A DNA stretch of 49,638 bases from a virus (Duplodnaviria; Caudoviricetes). The notes under the pieces were generated by a model, which saw only the letters and a list, made by a program, of their open reading frames with translations, was not told the origin of the DNA and made no database searches. A program made the translations under genes and the position numbers. This document shows, piece after piece, positions 28,598-38,319 of the stretch. Within the stretch, counting starts at the first letter, position 1. Each line of letters begins with the position of its first letter. The DNA lies in IMG/VR virus record IMGVR_UViG_3300005405_000328, positions 1 to 49,638 of that record; one strand, 5' to 3'.

Positions 28598-29224
28598 TTA
28601 AGTTGTCCTGATCAAATTATTAAGTGAATCGCTATATTTATCGTAAGTCTCCCTGTCCAAACCGAGATATCTTTTTGTTTCAGCCTCGCTCCTATGCCCC
28701 AGCATTTCCTGAACCAAAGTAACATTATAATCACTTTCAATAAATATTTTATAAGCATAGGTTTTACGCATTGAATGGGCTGAAATGCGTGTAAGTCCAA
28801 ACTCTCGGCCAGCATCTTTTAGGATCCGGCTCACATGACTGACTCCGATATGTTTGTTTTTGCCCTTCCTGGATTGAAATAAATATTCATAATCTTTCTT
28901 ATTCCTTATGTATTGCGCTAAGAGCACATCCAGGTTGGCTATTACCTTCACTATTCTTGGCTTGATATTTTCTTTCCTAATATTTTTACTATTAACTTTT
29001 TTACCTTCCATAATCTCAAAATACCCTTTATTTAGGGCAGCTCTTATATCCCTTACCTTCTGGCCAACCAGGTCACCGGCTCTGTACCCTGTTGAAATCC
29101 CGAGAACAAATAACATAAAATCTCTTTCATTCTTACTTTTTAAGAAGTCCTGAATATCCAAGACCTTTTCCCTATCTTTTATGGGTTTTGCCGGTTCTTT
29201 CTTAGCCATATTTTTAATTCCCAT
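28598..29224 (-). CDS. small tyrosine recombinase (catalytic domain only)
   Basis: TGYRAGD, SAHSMRKT, LGH, RYLG: R-HxxR-H-Y residues intact. Confidence 0.9.
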   Translation of the reverse strand: MGIKNMAKKEPAKPIKDREKVLDIQDFLKSKNERDFMLFVLGISTGYRAGDLVGQKVRDIRAALNKGYFEIMEGKKVNSKNIRKENIKPRIVKVIANLDVLLAQYIRNKKDYEYLFQSRKGKNKHIGVSHVSRILKDAGREFGLTRISAHSMRKTYAYKIFIESDYNVTLVQEMLGHRSEAETKRYLGLDRETYDKYSDSLNNLIRTT

Positions 29225-29246
29225 CTGTTTTAATTATTGCGATCAG

Positions 29247-29483
29247 CTAGCGGGATTTATGCCTGCTCCACTCAATTATTCCCCAGACCGAAAGCAAAAA
29301 ATAAACTAACATTAATAGGACCTGGGCATAGATCCCGGCCCGGTAATCAATTGCTGCCCATACCAGATTAGTGATTATCCAAATATAAAAGCACCAGGCC
29401 TTTTGTTTAATATTAGCCACGGTGCCTATGATTGAGGCCAGTGTTATTGCCCAGGTCCAGTCCATCTTATTCCTCGCGATCAT
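29247..29483 (-). CDS. small PnuC-like 3-TM protein
   Basis: WCFYIWIITN..W......GIY......VYF.LSVWG...W pattern. Confidence 0.65.
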   Translation of the reverse strand: MIARNKMDWTWAITLASIIGTVANIKQKAWCFYIWIITNLVWAAIDYRAGIYAQVLLMLVYFLLSVWGIIEWSRHKSR

Positions 29484-29700
29484 TATCCCTCTGGAGCCGT
29501 AGATCCATCCGGATAAGTTTGTCTAAATCGTCAACTGTTTTCATAACAATGTTTCCGGCCTGGAATTCCTTTACCCACATAGCAATACCTGCTTGAACAA
29601 TCTTGCGATATTTACCACTTGAATCGCGAATATTCTCAACAGCATGAAGTGTTTTCTGTGAACCTTCATCTCGATTTAACTTTTGTTGACCCTTTTCCAT
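29467..29700 (-). CDS. 77-aa hypothetical phage protein
   Basis: Strong SD; KYRKIVQAGIA.WVK.FQAG...TVDDL.KLI. Confidence 0.7.
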   Translation of the reverse strand: MEKGQQKLNRDEGSQKTLHAVENIRDSSGKYRKIVQAGIAMWVKEFQAGNIVMKTVDDLDKLIRMDLRLQRDNDREE

Positions 29701-29735
29701 TGCAGTTACCCCTCCCTCTCCAATATAATGGAAAA

Positions 29736-29840
29736 AGAGATAGTGCTTTGGTTCATCTGCGGCCGCAGGCTTACACTATCTCTGGTGCCAGGGGTAACCT
29801 GGTATAAGGGAGGATGTTAGCGCATCCTCCCTTTGTTATT
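29736..29840 (+). ncRNA. candidate ~100-nt antisense small RNA
   Basis: TTGCAG-N18-TATAAT (29700-29729), three consecutive stems, the last an 11-bp terminator with U-rich tail. Confidence 0.6.
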
Positions 29841-31188
29841 TAGTTATTTCTGCCTTCTGGCCGGTGAATTCTTCCCAGCGTTTTATAATTACATCGCAGT
29901 AAACCGGATCCAATTCCAGACCATAGCCTCTTCGCCCTGTTTGTTCAGCAGCTATCAATGTGCTGCCGCTCCCCAGGAAGCTATCTAACACTATCTCACC
30001 GGGCTTGCTGGAATTCCTTATCGCCCGTGCACATAACGCTAAAGGCTTCATAGTAGGATGATCAGCATTTCTTGATGGTTTATTAAAGCGCCAGGTGCTA
30101 GTTGCTGAATCATCGCCCTGATCCATTACTTCATAATCCGGTACCCTAAGTGTAATGGACTGGATCCCGGTGGAGAAGGTTAGTATTTTCCCATCTTCGG
30201 TATCTCTTATTGTCACTCCAGTGGATTCATCAATTACTGTACTTTGCTTACGGCCACCATACCACCTATGTTTTGAGCCCGGCTTCCAACCATATAATAT
30301 AGGTTCATGTTTTGGCTGATAATCCATGCGGCCAATTACAAACTGGTTTTTAACCCAGATAATACACTGCTTAACCATCCATCCTGCATCTACCAGGGCA
30401 GTTCTAAAATTAATACCCTCACTTTCTGCATGGCATACATAAAACGCTCCGCCCGGAGCTACTGCATTAAACATATTCAAAAACGAAGCCCGGAGAAAGT
30501 TATAAAACTCAGCCGGGCTCATCTTATCATTCATGATTTTTAGTTTATCTTTAGTACCACCGGTATAATCTACGTTATAAGGTGGATCCGTAAATATCAT
30601 GCCGGCAAACTGGCCATTCATTAGCTTTGTAACATCATCCTGGCTAGTTGCATCACCACACATTAACCGGTGGTTTCCAAGCTGCCAAATGTCCCCGGTC
30701 TTTGTAACCGGTTCAATAATCTTTGCAGCTTCGGCTTCGGCATTGAAGTCATCCTCAATAATCTCCGGTTTGAGCTGGAACTCAGTGATAAGGTCATCGA
30801 TCTCCACTAAATCGAAACCGGTAATCCCAATATCAAAATCCCCGGCTTTAAGTTCTTCTAATAAATCCTTTAACCGGGGAAAATCCCAATCACCGCTTAT
30901 TTTATTAAGGGCCAGGTTTAAAGCCTTCTCTTTATCCTCAGGTAGGTCGACAACTGATACCTCTACCTCTTCCCAACCCAGCTCCTGCAAAACCTTTATT
31001 CTCTGGTGACCACCTACTACATTGCCAGTTCTCTTATTCCAGATAATAGGGTCGATATAGTCAAACTCCTGTATAGACTTCTTCAACTTCTCATATTCTG
31101 GCTCCCCAGGCTGCAGATCTTTGCGGGGATTGTATTCTGAAGGATTCAGGTCGCTTATGTGCTTTAGATCAATCTGCATATTTGTCAA
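29836..31188 (-). CDS. ParB-like N-terminal domain + N6A/N4C DNA methyltransferase
   Basis: YNPRKDL...GGHQR; TDPPYN, HPTMKP, LDSFLGSGST. Confidence 0.92.
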   Translation of the reverse strand: MTNMQIDLKHISDLNPSEYNPRKDLQPGEPEYEKLKKSIQEFDYIDPIIWNKRTGNVVGGHQRIKVLQELGWEEVEVSVVDLPEDKEKALNLALNKISGDWDFPRLKDLLEELKAGDFDIGITGFDLVEIDDLITEFQLKPEIIEDDFNAEAEAAKIIEPVTKTGDIWQLGNHRLMCGDATSQDDVTKLMNGQFAGMIFTDPPYNVDYTGGTKDKLKIMNDKMSPAEFYNFLRASFLNMFNAVAPGGAFYVCHAESEGINFRTALVDAGWMVKQCIIWVKNQFVIGRMDYQPKHEPILYGWKPGSKHRWYGGRKQSTVIDESTGVTIRDTEDGKILTFSTGIQSITLRVPDYEVMDQGDDSATSTWRFNKPSRNADHPTMKPLALCARAIRNSSKPGEIVLDSFLGSGSTLIAAEQTGRRGYGLELDPVYCDVIIKRWEEFTGQKAEITK

Positions 31189-31302
31189 AACTCCTATATA
31201 TTAATCGACATGAATAAATGATTTAATAAAAACAAGCCCCGGTCTCCCGAGGCTTGTTGTGTTGTACCCCAGTTGCCCGAGGTACGCATTATAAGTATTT
31301 TC

Positions 31303-31376
31303 AGTATATAAGATTAATCCGGACTTTTGTTCCCGATTTTTTCCTTAAATTTTCCCGATTTTTTCCTGATTTTTTC
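31303..31376 (-). promoter_or_regulatory. candidate activator-dependent late promoter with direct repeats
   Basis: TTCCCGATTTTTTCCT at 31330-31345 and 31352-31367 (22-nt period), partial third copy, -10 TATACT at 31308-31303 without a canonical -35. Confidence 0.6.
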
Positions 31377-31442
31377 TTATTCATTATCCCTATACAGTTA
31401 TCCATGGCCTAATTGATACACCCGAGTCAGTTACGCTTAATC

Positions 31443-32360
31443 TTATTTTTTTGTTGTTGGATTGGGTATTAGGGAGATTTGTTCGGTATTTCTCATTTTA
31501 TATCTATCCATTAGTAACTCATATGGCTCAATTTTTGGATGAATTAACTGTTCTCCATTCTTAGGAACGATTCCATTAGCTTCAAAACAAATATCTTTAA
31601 CCTCATAAAGTTTTGATCCTATTGCCTGACATTTATCATAATTAAATATGGTAATATTTCTTCCTGTTTGGTCAAGGGAACTATTAAACTTGATTCCCTC
31701 AAATTCTAACGTCTTAATGAACTCCGCAATGTATTGTAATGGTATGTAACTTTTTTTATCGGAATCATAGGGTCTTGAAAAATCATCCATAACTAAATAC
31801 ATAAGATTTTGCTCAAAGCCCTTATCGTAATTACCAAATGAATCATATGAAAAATCAGCTATTCTTAATGACTCATTAACTCTTATTTCGGCTATGCTCA
31901 CATCGCTATTTAGATAGGGTCTAACTTCAACCAAGGCTGTATATGGTTTTTCAGATGTATACAAATACTTTATAAAAGCTGGATTGGTTCTCCCATCATT
32001 CACAATATCATTATCCTGTGGAACAAAAGAAGCCTTTTCGTTAAATCCCCAAAATCCTAATTCAATATCTGATAGTGCCTCTCTTTTGAGTTCAACACTT
32101 GTTAATAGGGTAACCAAATCTTTTTCTTCATAATTAATATCATTCTCGGGAAAATGTAGCCACCTCTTTTTCCCAGTATACAATCGCGCTCTGTAGAGAA
32201 TTGTGCCTTTTTTAACTTCTGATTCCTTCTTTTTGGTAAGGTGTTTGAGGTGGTCAAGAATTTCATGATTTACAAAAAATCTATTCTTATAAAGTACTGC
32301 GTTTTTGAAATCATGCCATAACTCATAAGCAGCGTCAAAATTACCACTATTTATACTCAT
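31443..32360 (-). CDS. RES-domain protein (moron)
   Basis: LYRAR, GRTNP.FI.YLY, TAL.EVRP, Y.P.QYIAEFIK...FEGI.FNSS; AT-rich; ATG 32360 with AAGGAG. Confidence 0.85.
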   Translation of the reverse strand: MSINSGNFDAAYELWHDFKNAVLYKNRFFVNHEILDHLKHLTKKKESEVKKGTILYRARLYTGKKRWLHFPENDINYEEKDLVTLLTSVELKREALSDIELGFWGFNEKASFVPQDNDIVNDGRTNPAFIKYLYTSEKPYTALVEVRPYLNSDVSIAEIRVNESLRIADFSYDSFGNYDKGFEQNLMYLVMDDFSRPYDSDKKSYIPLQYIAEFIKTLEFEGIKFNSSLDQTGRNITIFNYDKCQAIGSKLYEVKDICFEANGIVPKNGEQLIHPKIEPYELLMDRYKMRNTEQISLIPNPTTKK

Positions 32361-32439
32361 TTGAGCTCCTTTTACATTAGTATTTTGCACTAACAACGTT
32401 CAAAGTTCAGAATTCCACATTATGGTGAAATAGTCCTTC

Positions 32440-32973
32440 CTATAACACTTTTGTTTTCTGCCAAAGCGCCTGGTCCATAAATAGCCCCAGAACCTCTTCC
32501 GCTTCTTCATCCGAAAGGTAATTAAAGCACCAAGCCAAGGTTTTGACGATACTATTTTTTTGGTCATAATAGGTGTTTTTATCGAAAGATTGTTTTTCAC
32601 AGATCTGCAGCCAGGACATTTTTTTAACATAGATCATCTCAATCATCTGTCTTTGCTCTTGATCCAGCATAGTGTCAATCGAGACTTCAACTATTTCCTT
32701 CAATGCCTCTAAATTCTTGATTTTAAGTTCAAGCTTCCTAACCGTGTCTCCCTCAATACGGTTAATAACAGCTGTCTCAACAGGGGAGGAAACCGAGTAA
32801 GTTTTGCCTTCTCGAAGTTCGTAACTAGCCACCATGCTAGGCTCCAGTTGTTGGCGGACCATTTCAATTCGCTGCATAATCGCCATAATTCGAATCGGGA
32901 AGCTCTTGTAAGTGTAAAGTAGTCGCTCAGTGGCCTTATACCATGAATTGCCCTTTTTCTCCCCATTTTTCAC
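32440..32973 (-). CDS. late transcriptional activator (RinA/ArpU-like)
   Basis: End of early region; SSPVETAVI, coiled coil, C-terminal sigma4-like HTH (KMSWLQIC...KNTYY). Confidence 0.7.
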   Translation of the reverse strand: MKNGEKKGNSWYKATERLLYTYKSFPIRIMAIMQRIEMVRQQLEPSMVASYELREGKTYSVSSPVETAVINRIEGDTVRKLELKIKNLEALKEIVEVSIDTMLDQEQRQMIEMIYVKKMSWLQICEKQSFDKNTYYDQKNSIVKTLAWCFNYLSDEEAEEVLGLFMDQALWQKTKVL

Positions 32974-33007
32974 TTGGTCTTCTCCCCTTCCGTCCAAGTA
33001 ATCCCTA

Positions 33008-33595
33008 TCAACTGCTCTTCTTGACCTTTTTACTATCATCGATCGTACCCTTAAGCTGGATGACTAGATTCTTTATTTCTTGCTCGATATTTTCAGGGTG
33101 TTGTTTTATCTCCCAGATCTTCCTGTGAACCTCTTTCTTTTTCTCTTCCACTAGCTTCAGCTGGGACCTCAGTTCATAGGCCTGCTTGTCCAATGTTTCC
33201 TGTTTAGCTCTTTCAACTTCCAACTTCTCCTTAATAATTACCTGATTTTTTTCAAGCTGCTTCTGGCACCTGATTATTTCACTGACAATGGCCCGCACTA
33301 ATCGTTTATTGCTCCCGGATGAGTAAACATATGGCAGCCTGATCGGATATAATGTCACGACTGATTTATCTTCATAGCTGGCGACTAACATAATATCGTC
33401 TTTAATATAAAAGCTGCTCGGCTTACTTTCCTTGCTTACCTGCCCTCGAAATAGAAAAGTGCTGTTATCAAATAATTCCAAGATCTTCTGTACAAGTTTG
33501 TTGTGATTATTAGCAATATACTGGTTTATTTCGGCCGGCGGAATGAGCAGGATCCGCTCGCAATACCGTTCCAAAATATGCTCTGTTACATTCAA
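33008..33595 (-). CDS. hypothetical protein (T.H..ERY.ER motif + coiled coil)
   Basis: TTG at 33595 with GGGGAGG SD. Confidence 0.6.
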   Translation of the reverse strand: MNVTEHILERYCERILLIPPAEINQYIANNHNKLVQKILELFDNSTFLFRGQVSKESKPSSFYIKDDIMLVASYEDKSVVTLYPIRLPYVYSSGSNKRLVRAIVSEIIRCQKQLEKNQVIIKEKLEVERAKQETLDKQAYELRSQLKLVEEKKKEVHRKIWEIKQHPENIEQEIKNLVIQLKGTIDDSKKVKKSS

Positions 33596-33614
33596 GCCAT
33601 CCCCTCCCCCATTT

Positions 33615-34316
33615 TCAAGCCATTTTTCTTTTGCGATAGTCGGGCCCGGGTACCCATACCCCGTCAGTAACTTCAATGATTCTCGAAACAACCCGCTCCC
33701 CAACCTGCTTTTCCAATTGATCTATATCGTAATTTGATGTTAATATCATCGGCCGATGCGTACGGTACCGAATATCTACCAGGTTGTACAACTGATAATC
33801 AACCCACTCTGTAGGTTTCATTGCCCCTATATCGTCAAGTATTACGATGTCATCAACCTTGGCTCTGTGCAGCATATATAATGCTTTTTCTTTAGACCGT
33901 TCATTACCTGAATAACTCTCTTGAAGAGTGGTAAGAAGGTCTGTGACATTGAAAAATCCGATGTACATGCCTCTATATTCCTGGGAAATTTTCGCTTCTT
34001 CAAAACTAATATTTTCTGAGTTATTGGACTTATAGCCAAATCTCTCCACATTGGCAGCTGCGATCGCATAAGCCGTCCCTACTACGATGTGTGTCTTTCC
34101 CGTACCAACCGGGCCGTGAAGAAATAAGCCTTTTCCATTGGCGATGTTACCGATATCTTGCTCGGCATAGCCCATACATCTCTTTAATGCTTTATTCTGA
34201 TCATTGTTACGCGGAAAATAGTTGTTAAACCTGGTATTTATGAATTTGGGAGGTATCCCATATGAGTTCCAAACAGTATTTAATCGATCACCAATTTTTA
34301 GGGTATCCATTTCCAT
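33615..34316 (-). CDS. DnaC/IstB-like helicase loader ATPase
   Basis: GPVGTGKT, ILDDIG, R......TSN, RVVSRI, GPDYR. Confidence 0.9.
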   Translation of the reverse strand: MEMDTLKIGDRLNTVWNSYGIPPKFINTRFNNYFPRNNDQNKALKRCMGYAEQDIGNIANGKGLFLHGPVGTGKTHIVVGTAYAIAAANVERFGYKSNNSENISFEEAKISQEYRGMYIGFFNVTDLLTTLQESYSGNERSKEKALYMLHRAKVDDIVILDDIGAMKPTEWVDYQLYNLVDIRYRTHRPMILTSNYDIDQLEKQVGERVVSRIIEVTDGVWVPGPDYRKRKMA

Positions 34317-35100
34317 TCTCCTTTCCTTCGGGTGAAGGTGGGCTATATTCATCTTCCCATCCTTTTGCGTTGAGCCAGGTTGCTGGGTTAGGTATGAATT
34401 CCCCTGCGTTTTTTTTCCATTTTGGTGATGCTCTACCATTCTCTATGCCGTTGAGTATTTTCTTAAATAGCAGATCATCAGGGCTAATTCTTAACCAGGC
34501 CTTCTCGGCCGCACCTTTTGAGTGCTTCTTAGGATACTTATCCCAGAATTGATCAAATAATTGCTCCTGCTTCTTACTCTTGAATGGTGGTCGTGGTTTA
34601 TCTGCTGTTTCATCCGGTTGTTCACTTTGATCACCCTGGGGGAATAAAAGGGGGTTACTATTTTCTTTTAATTTACTTTCTTTTACTTTATTTGCATTGC
34701 TTTCGCTATGCGTTTGCATTGCGTTAGTATCACTGTATTTCGACCACCGAGTTTTAGCTGCTTCTTTGGCTTTCTGGGAGCGTTTTTCTTTTATTTCCAT
34801 CCTTCTGAGAAGTGATTTGCTCCAAATATTTGTACCGTCTGATTCAAAAAGTTTGAACTCATTTATGCAGTCATTTATAAATTGCTGTGCTTTTTCATCG
34901 GTGCAATGCATTTGCAATGCGAACGCATTATAAGCATACTTACCCTCGATACTTAAACGGTAGTCTTGCTGATCTCTCATCATTTCGATGATCATCCAGT
35001 ACCAGCCATAACCTTCCCACCCGTAAACGCTACGCATGCGTACTATCTTTGGATCTTCCCGGGCATTACTATCGTGGGAGAAATAGAATGTATCCTTCAA
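34288..35100 (-). CDS. replication initiator (DUF4373-type N-terminus)
   Basis: YFSHDSNAR.D.K.......GWEGYG.YW; FDQFW..YP.K..K..A.KAW; P.PATWLN..GWED; GCAATGC-rich repeats at 34691-34725 may be the origin. Confidence 0.8.
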   Translation of the reverse strand: MKDTFYFSHDSNAREDPKIVRMRSVYGWEGYGWYWMIIEMMRDQQDYRLSIEGKYAYNAFALQMHCTDEKAQQFINDCINEFKLFESDGTNIWSKSLLRRMEIKEKRSQKAKEAAKTRWSKYSDTNAMQTHSESNANKVKESKLKENSNPLLFPQGDQSEQPDETADKPRPPFKSKKQEQLFDQFWDKYPKKHSKGAAEKAWLRISPDDLLFKKILNGIENGRASPKWKKNAGEFIPNPATWLNAKGWEDEYSPPSPEGKENGNGYPKNW

Positions 35101-35490
35101 TTAAATACCCTCCCCTGCTTGGACTAATCGTAAAATTGGACGGTTTGGTGGAACTACTCCGTTTTCCTCGGTCCAATATCGTATGTCACCATGGACAATG
35201 ACTCCTAATAAGCCCTCTTTGGGTTTATTCCATTCAAGCCATTTGATATTAATAAAATGTACTGTTTTAGGTATCCCGTTCATAGTCACTTCAAATTCTT
35301 CATCTGGTTTGGGTATTTCTTGGTGAAACTTTACCGAAAGTGCAATGTTAATATTGGCTGGTTTGCCGCGGGGATCTCTTTCGTATAAGAGGCATGTTTT
35401 ATAATCATGCTTACCATAGCAGTCGCCGCCGTGATGGTGCTTTTCTCTTATGCAATATTGGCAGTAATCAATCTGCTTTTCTGATTGCAT
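35101..35490 (-). CDS. hypothetical protein with Cys/His cluster
   Basis: Coupled ORF in early operon. Confidence 0.55.
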   Translation of the reverse strand: MQSEKQIDYCQYCIREKHHHGGDCYGKHDYKTCLLYERDPRGKPANINIALSVKFHQEIPKPDEEFEVTMNGIPKTVHFINIKWLEWNKPKEGLLGVIVHGDIRYWTEENGVVPPNRPILRLVQAGEGI

Positions 35491-35493
35491 GTC

Positions 35494-35709
35494 CTATGCC
35501 TCAATGATTCCCTGCTCAAGTCTCTTATCAATGTCCCAGGGATCTGCTATTTTCCAACCCATGCAGTCTTCCATATCAGTGCATTGCCGTTCTTTTTTAT
35601 CAATAGTACATTTACCATTCCTTGAAATATCTAATGATTTAGGTCGATTTTTTATATTTGGTTGCTCCCATCGACGGCAGCTACCACAGCAACGTTTTGG
35701 TTCGGACAT
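35494..35709 (-). CDS. small Cys-rich hypothetical protein
   Basis: CGSC...C...C..W pattern; SD present. Confidence 0.55.
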   Translation of the reverse strand: MSEPKRCCGSCRRWEQPNIKNRPKSLDISRNGKCTIDKKERQCTDMEDCMGWKIADPWDIDKRLEQGIIEA

Positions 35710-35721
35710 ATAAATTCCCCC

Positions 35722-36708
35722 TTACAGATGCTCGATCATCTTTGTAATTAATCCAGATGTTGCCTGTTTATATTTGACCCGGCTCTCTTCTTCAATTTCA
35801 CCCAGGGCTGTAAGCAATGTTTTGAAGTCAGATACCAACGTATCGAATCTAAGTTTAAATGTAATTTCGGCCGCGCTGCGCTGGCCAGCCCTAAGTGTCT
35901 CCAGTTCCTGCTCAACTTCCTCGGGAATTGTTGTAACTGTAGTGGCAGCAGTAACGTCGATGGGCTTGTCCTTCAGCTGCTCTTCAAGTTCCTTGATCTT
36001 CTCCTGGGCTTCGTTTAATGATTCCAGTAACCGTTTCTCTTCCTCGGTATCACCGGACGATTGAGCCTCGGCCAGGTCCTTTCTCATTTGGGCGACAGAC
36101 TCGCCCCACTCAATAAACTTTTGTTCATACTGATCCTTCTCGGTCTTCAAGGTTTCCTGAAGCGTTTTGACATCCTTTTGTGTATCTGCCAGTACTTTAT
36201 CTGCTAAGCGTTTGTCCTCTTCGGCTTTGGCCTTTGCAGCGTTCAACCCTTCCTGTACTTCCAGCAGGTGTTTATTATGTTTCCGCTCCTCTTCCAGTTC
36301 CTTGATTACTTTTTGGAGCTCCCGGGTGGACATATTATCAATATCATGATTTTCTACAAACTCTTCGCGCTCACCATCCGGCAGCGCCAGTAAAGCAACT
36401 GCCTGCGTATAACTCAAACTTCCAAGCGCTTGGGATTTTGCACCGGTCTCACCGAAGAGGGCTATCTGATCAGCTCCGTACTCCTCGAAGATCCTCATCA
36501 TGTTATTTGCCGTACTCTGAGAAAAATCAACTGATATTTTCAACCAGGTACCCCACTCACCATGAGGCACGCATAGCTTGGCCTCACACAACCTACGGCC
36601 GATTTCGATGCTGTTATATAAGACCATGGTCCTGGTCTGGTTTATAATATTATTTATTTCGGCCGCTATGAGCTCTGGGCTTCTCTGGATCGCAACTACT
36701 GTTGACAT
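35722..36708 (-). CDS. DUF3102 domain protein
   Basis: IEIGRRL.EAK..VPHGEWG.WL...VDFSQSTANN.MR. Confidence 0.85.
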   Translation of the reverse strand: MSTVVAIQRSPELIAAEINNIINQTRTMVLYNSIEIGRRLCEAKLCVPHGEWGTWLKISVDFSQSTANNMMRIFEEYGADQIALFGETGAKSQALGSLSYTQAVALLALPDGEREEFVENHDIDNMSTRELQKVIKELEEERKHNKHLLEVQEGLNAAKAKAEEDKRLADKVLADTQKDVKTLQETLKTEKDQYEQKFIEWGESVAQMRKDLAEAQSSGDTEEEKRLLESLNEAQEKIKELEEQLKDKPIDVTAATTVTTIPEEVEQELETLRAGQRSAAEITFKLRFDTLVSDFKTLLTALGEIEEESRVKYKQATSGLITKMIEHL

Positions 36709-36727
36709 TTAAACCTCTCCCTCCGAA

Positions 36728-38305
36728 TTATGCTGGTATTTGAATTCTCACTTTAGGCTTACTGATCTCTAATTTAGCTTTCTTAAACGCCTCGACAAAT
36801 GCAGCCACCTTTTTGTCCGGAAGGCAATTGTTACGGCCGTATACCTGAGTCACCTGGTGGCCTCGGACTTGCACAGTAAAGAAAGGTACATCAGGTTCGG
36901 ACCGTTTCCTAATAACTAGAATCACATACGATTTGTCAACGTAACCCCTGGCATAAGTGCCAACACAATGATTCAATGCTTTGCCTTCATTGATAAGTTC
37001 TTGAGTGCTGGCTGCAGGCCTGATGATCAAACCGCTGCGAGTGAACCGGTACCGCTGGTCTAAATCTTTTACCATTGCTTTTATTTTTTCATCCAGTTCC
37101 TTGTCTGCCTTGGTCTTAATTTGCTTAATAGTATTCTGATGAGCCCGATACAGATCACGGGGAAACATCACGCTCTTCTTGTTAAGATCTAGATTCAGTG
37201 TCCGACAGTCAGAAATATAATCCCGCCATGCATGTGCCAATTGAGATTTATTGTAATAATGCTTTGGTACATTCGATTTTAACGGGAGTAAAATAGAGCC
37301 TGGTTTTATTTGCCGTTCGTACTGCTTGTTTATGTAGGTGCTGGCACTTCTTAAGGTAAGATTATTTAATAATCCAAGTAGATTTTTCTCCCAATACCCA
37401 TCGTTTTCGATATCTTTGATTTCTTCGAATGTCAGGTTGGATCCGTCGCGTTTTGAAATTTGCAGAAGATGTAAGAATAACCCATCGACTTCTACGCCAG
37501 ATTGCTTGATTGCCTTTAAATCTGCTCCAGTTAGACGCAACACCTTGTCCAATGATTTCCCGCGCCAGTTAATGGCTCCCCAGGTGCAGTTTCCCCAGAT
37601 CTTATCTTTTACTAGATTGCGGAATCCCAGCTTGGTCAGATACTCAACACAGGGTGCTTTTGCATATAATCCTAAAAAGCGCTCCGGGGAGACCTTCGGG
37701 TATTGCTCATAAGTGCTGTATTGGAACGGAGTTCCTTTTATTGCCTGGTGGACACTGGCCAGGCATACGTCGTGATATCTCTTATTGGCAATGTGGTTCT
37801 GCTCAAACATAGAAAAGATAGTGCGCCGCTTTTCCCAGTTGAATTCCGTAATAGATCCAGCCGCATTGAAATAGCTCTGCCGTGTGAACATGGCGCTATT
37901 CCCCATTTCGAACACATAGCGCGCTGTCTCCAGATACTTGGTTTTCACATAATAGTAGTCTCCACGGTAGTCCCGGGCAGCCATAATTCCCCGCGCCACA
38001 ATTACTTTAGGATCCTTTCGTGATTTCTCAAAATATAAGAAATAAGCATCATCATACATATAATTGCGACCCATTCCGCTCGATTTCACTACGCATAAGC
38101 TCTTACACTTTGGGCACTTAACAAGCTCATTATGCTTTAGTTTTGTCTGCAGATCAGTGTGGCAGTGGGTACAGTACCCATACTGCTTATTACCTTCACG
38201 TCTCGTGAAAATGTAGCGGCTTTTTAGGAAGACTCTCTCCCTTGCATATATTTCAATGGCCTTACTGATCCCAGGAGCAAAATGATCCATATATTCTTCG
38301 TACAT
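36728..38305 (-). CDS. PcfJ domain protein
   Basis: W.DY...FP.DL..AH and EG.ALNHCVG.Y...IR....PD.PFFT. Confidence 0.85.
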   Translation of the reverse strand: MYEEYMDHFAPGISKAIEIYARERVFLKSRYIFTRREGNKQYGYCTHCHTDLQTKLKHNELVKCPKCKSLCVVKSSGMGRNYMYDDAYFLYFEKSRKDPKVIVARGIMAARDYRGDYYYVKTKYLETARYVFEMGNSAMFTRQSYFNAAGSITEFNWEKRRTIFSMFEQNHIANKRYHDVCLASVHQAIKGTPFQYSTYEQYPKVSPERFLGLYAKAPCVEYLTKLGFRNLVKDKIWGNCTWGAINWRGKSLDKVLRLTGADLKAIKQSGVEVDGLFLHLLQISKRDGSNLTFEEIKDIENDGYWEKNLLGLLNNLTLRSASTYINKQYERQIKPGSILLPLKSNVPKHYYNKSQLAHAWRDYISDCRTLNLDLNKKSVMFPRDLYRAHQNTIKQIKTKADKELDEKIKAMVKDLDQRYRFTRSGLIIRPAASTQELINEGKALNHCVGTYARGYVDKSYVILVIRKRSEPDVPFFTVQVRGHQVTQVYGRNNCLPDKKVAAFVEAFKKAKLEISKPKVRIQIPA

Positions 38306-38319
38306 AAAACAGTCCCCCC

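Noticed and set aside
31330-31376. CRISPR mini-array
   Set aside because: Repeats are 16 bp with 6-nt spacers and there are no cas genes; fits operator repeats
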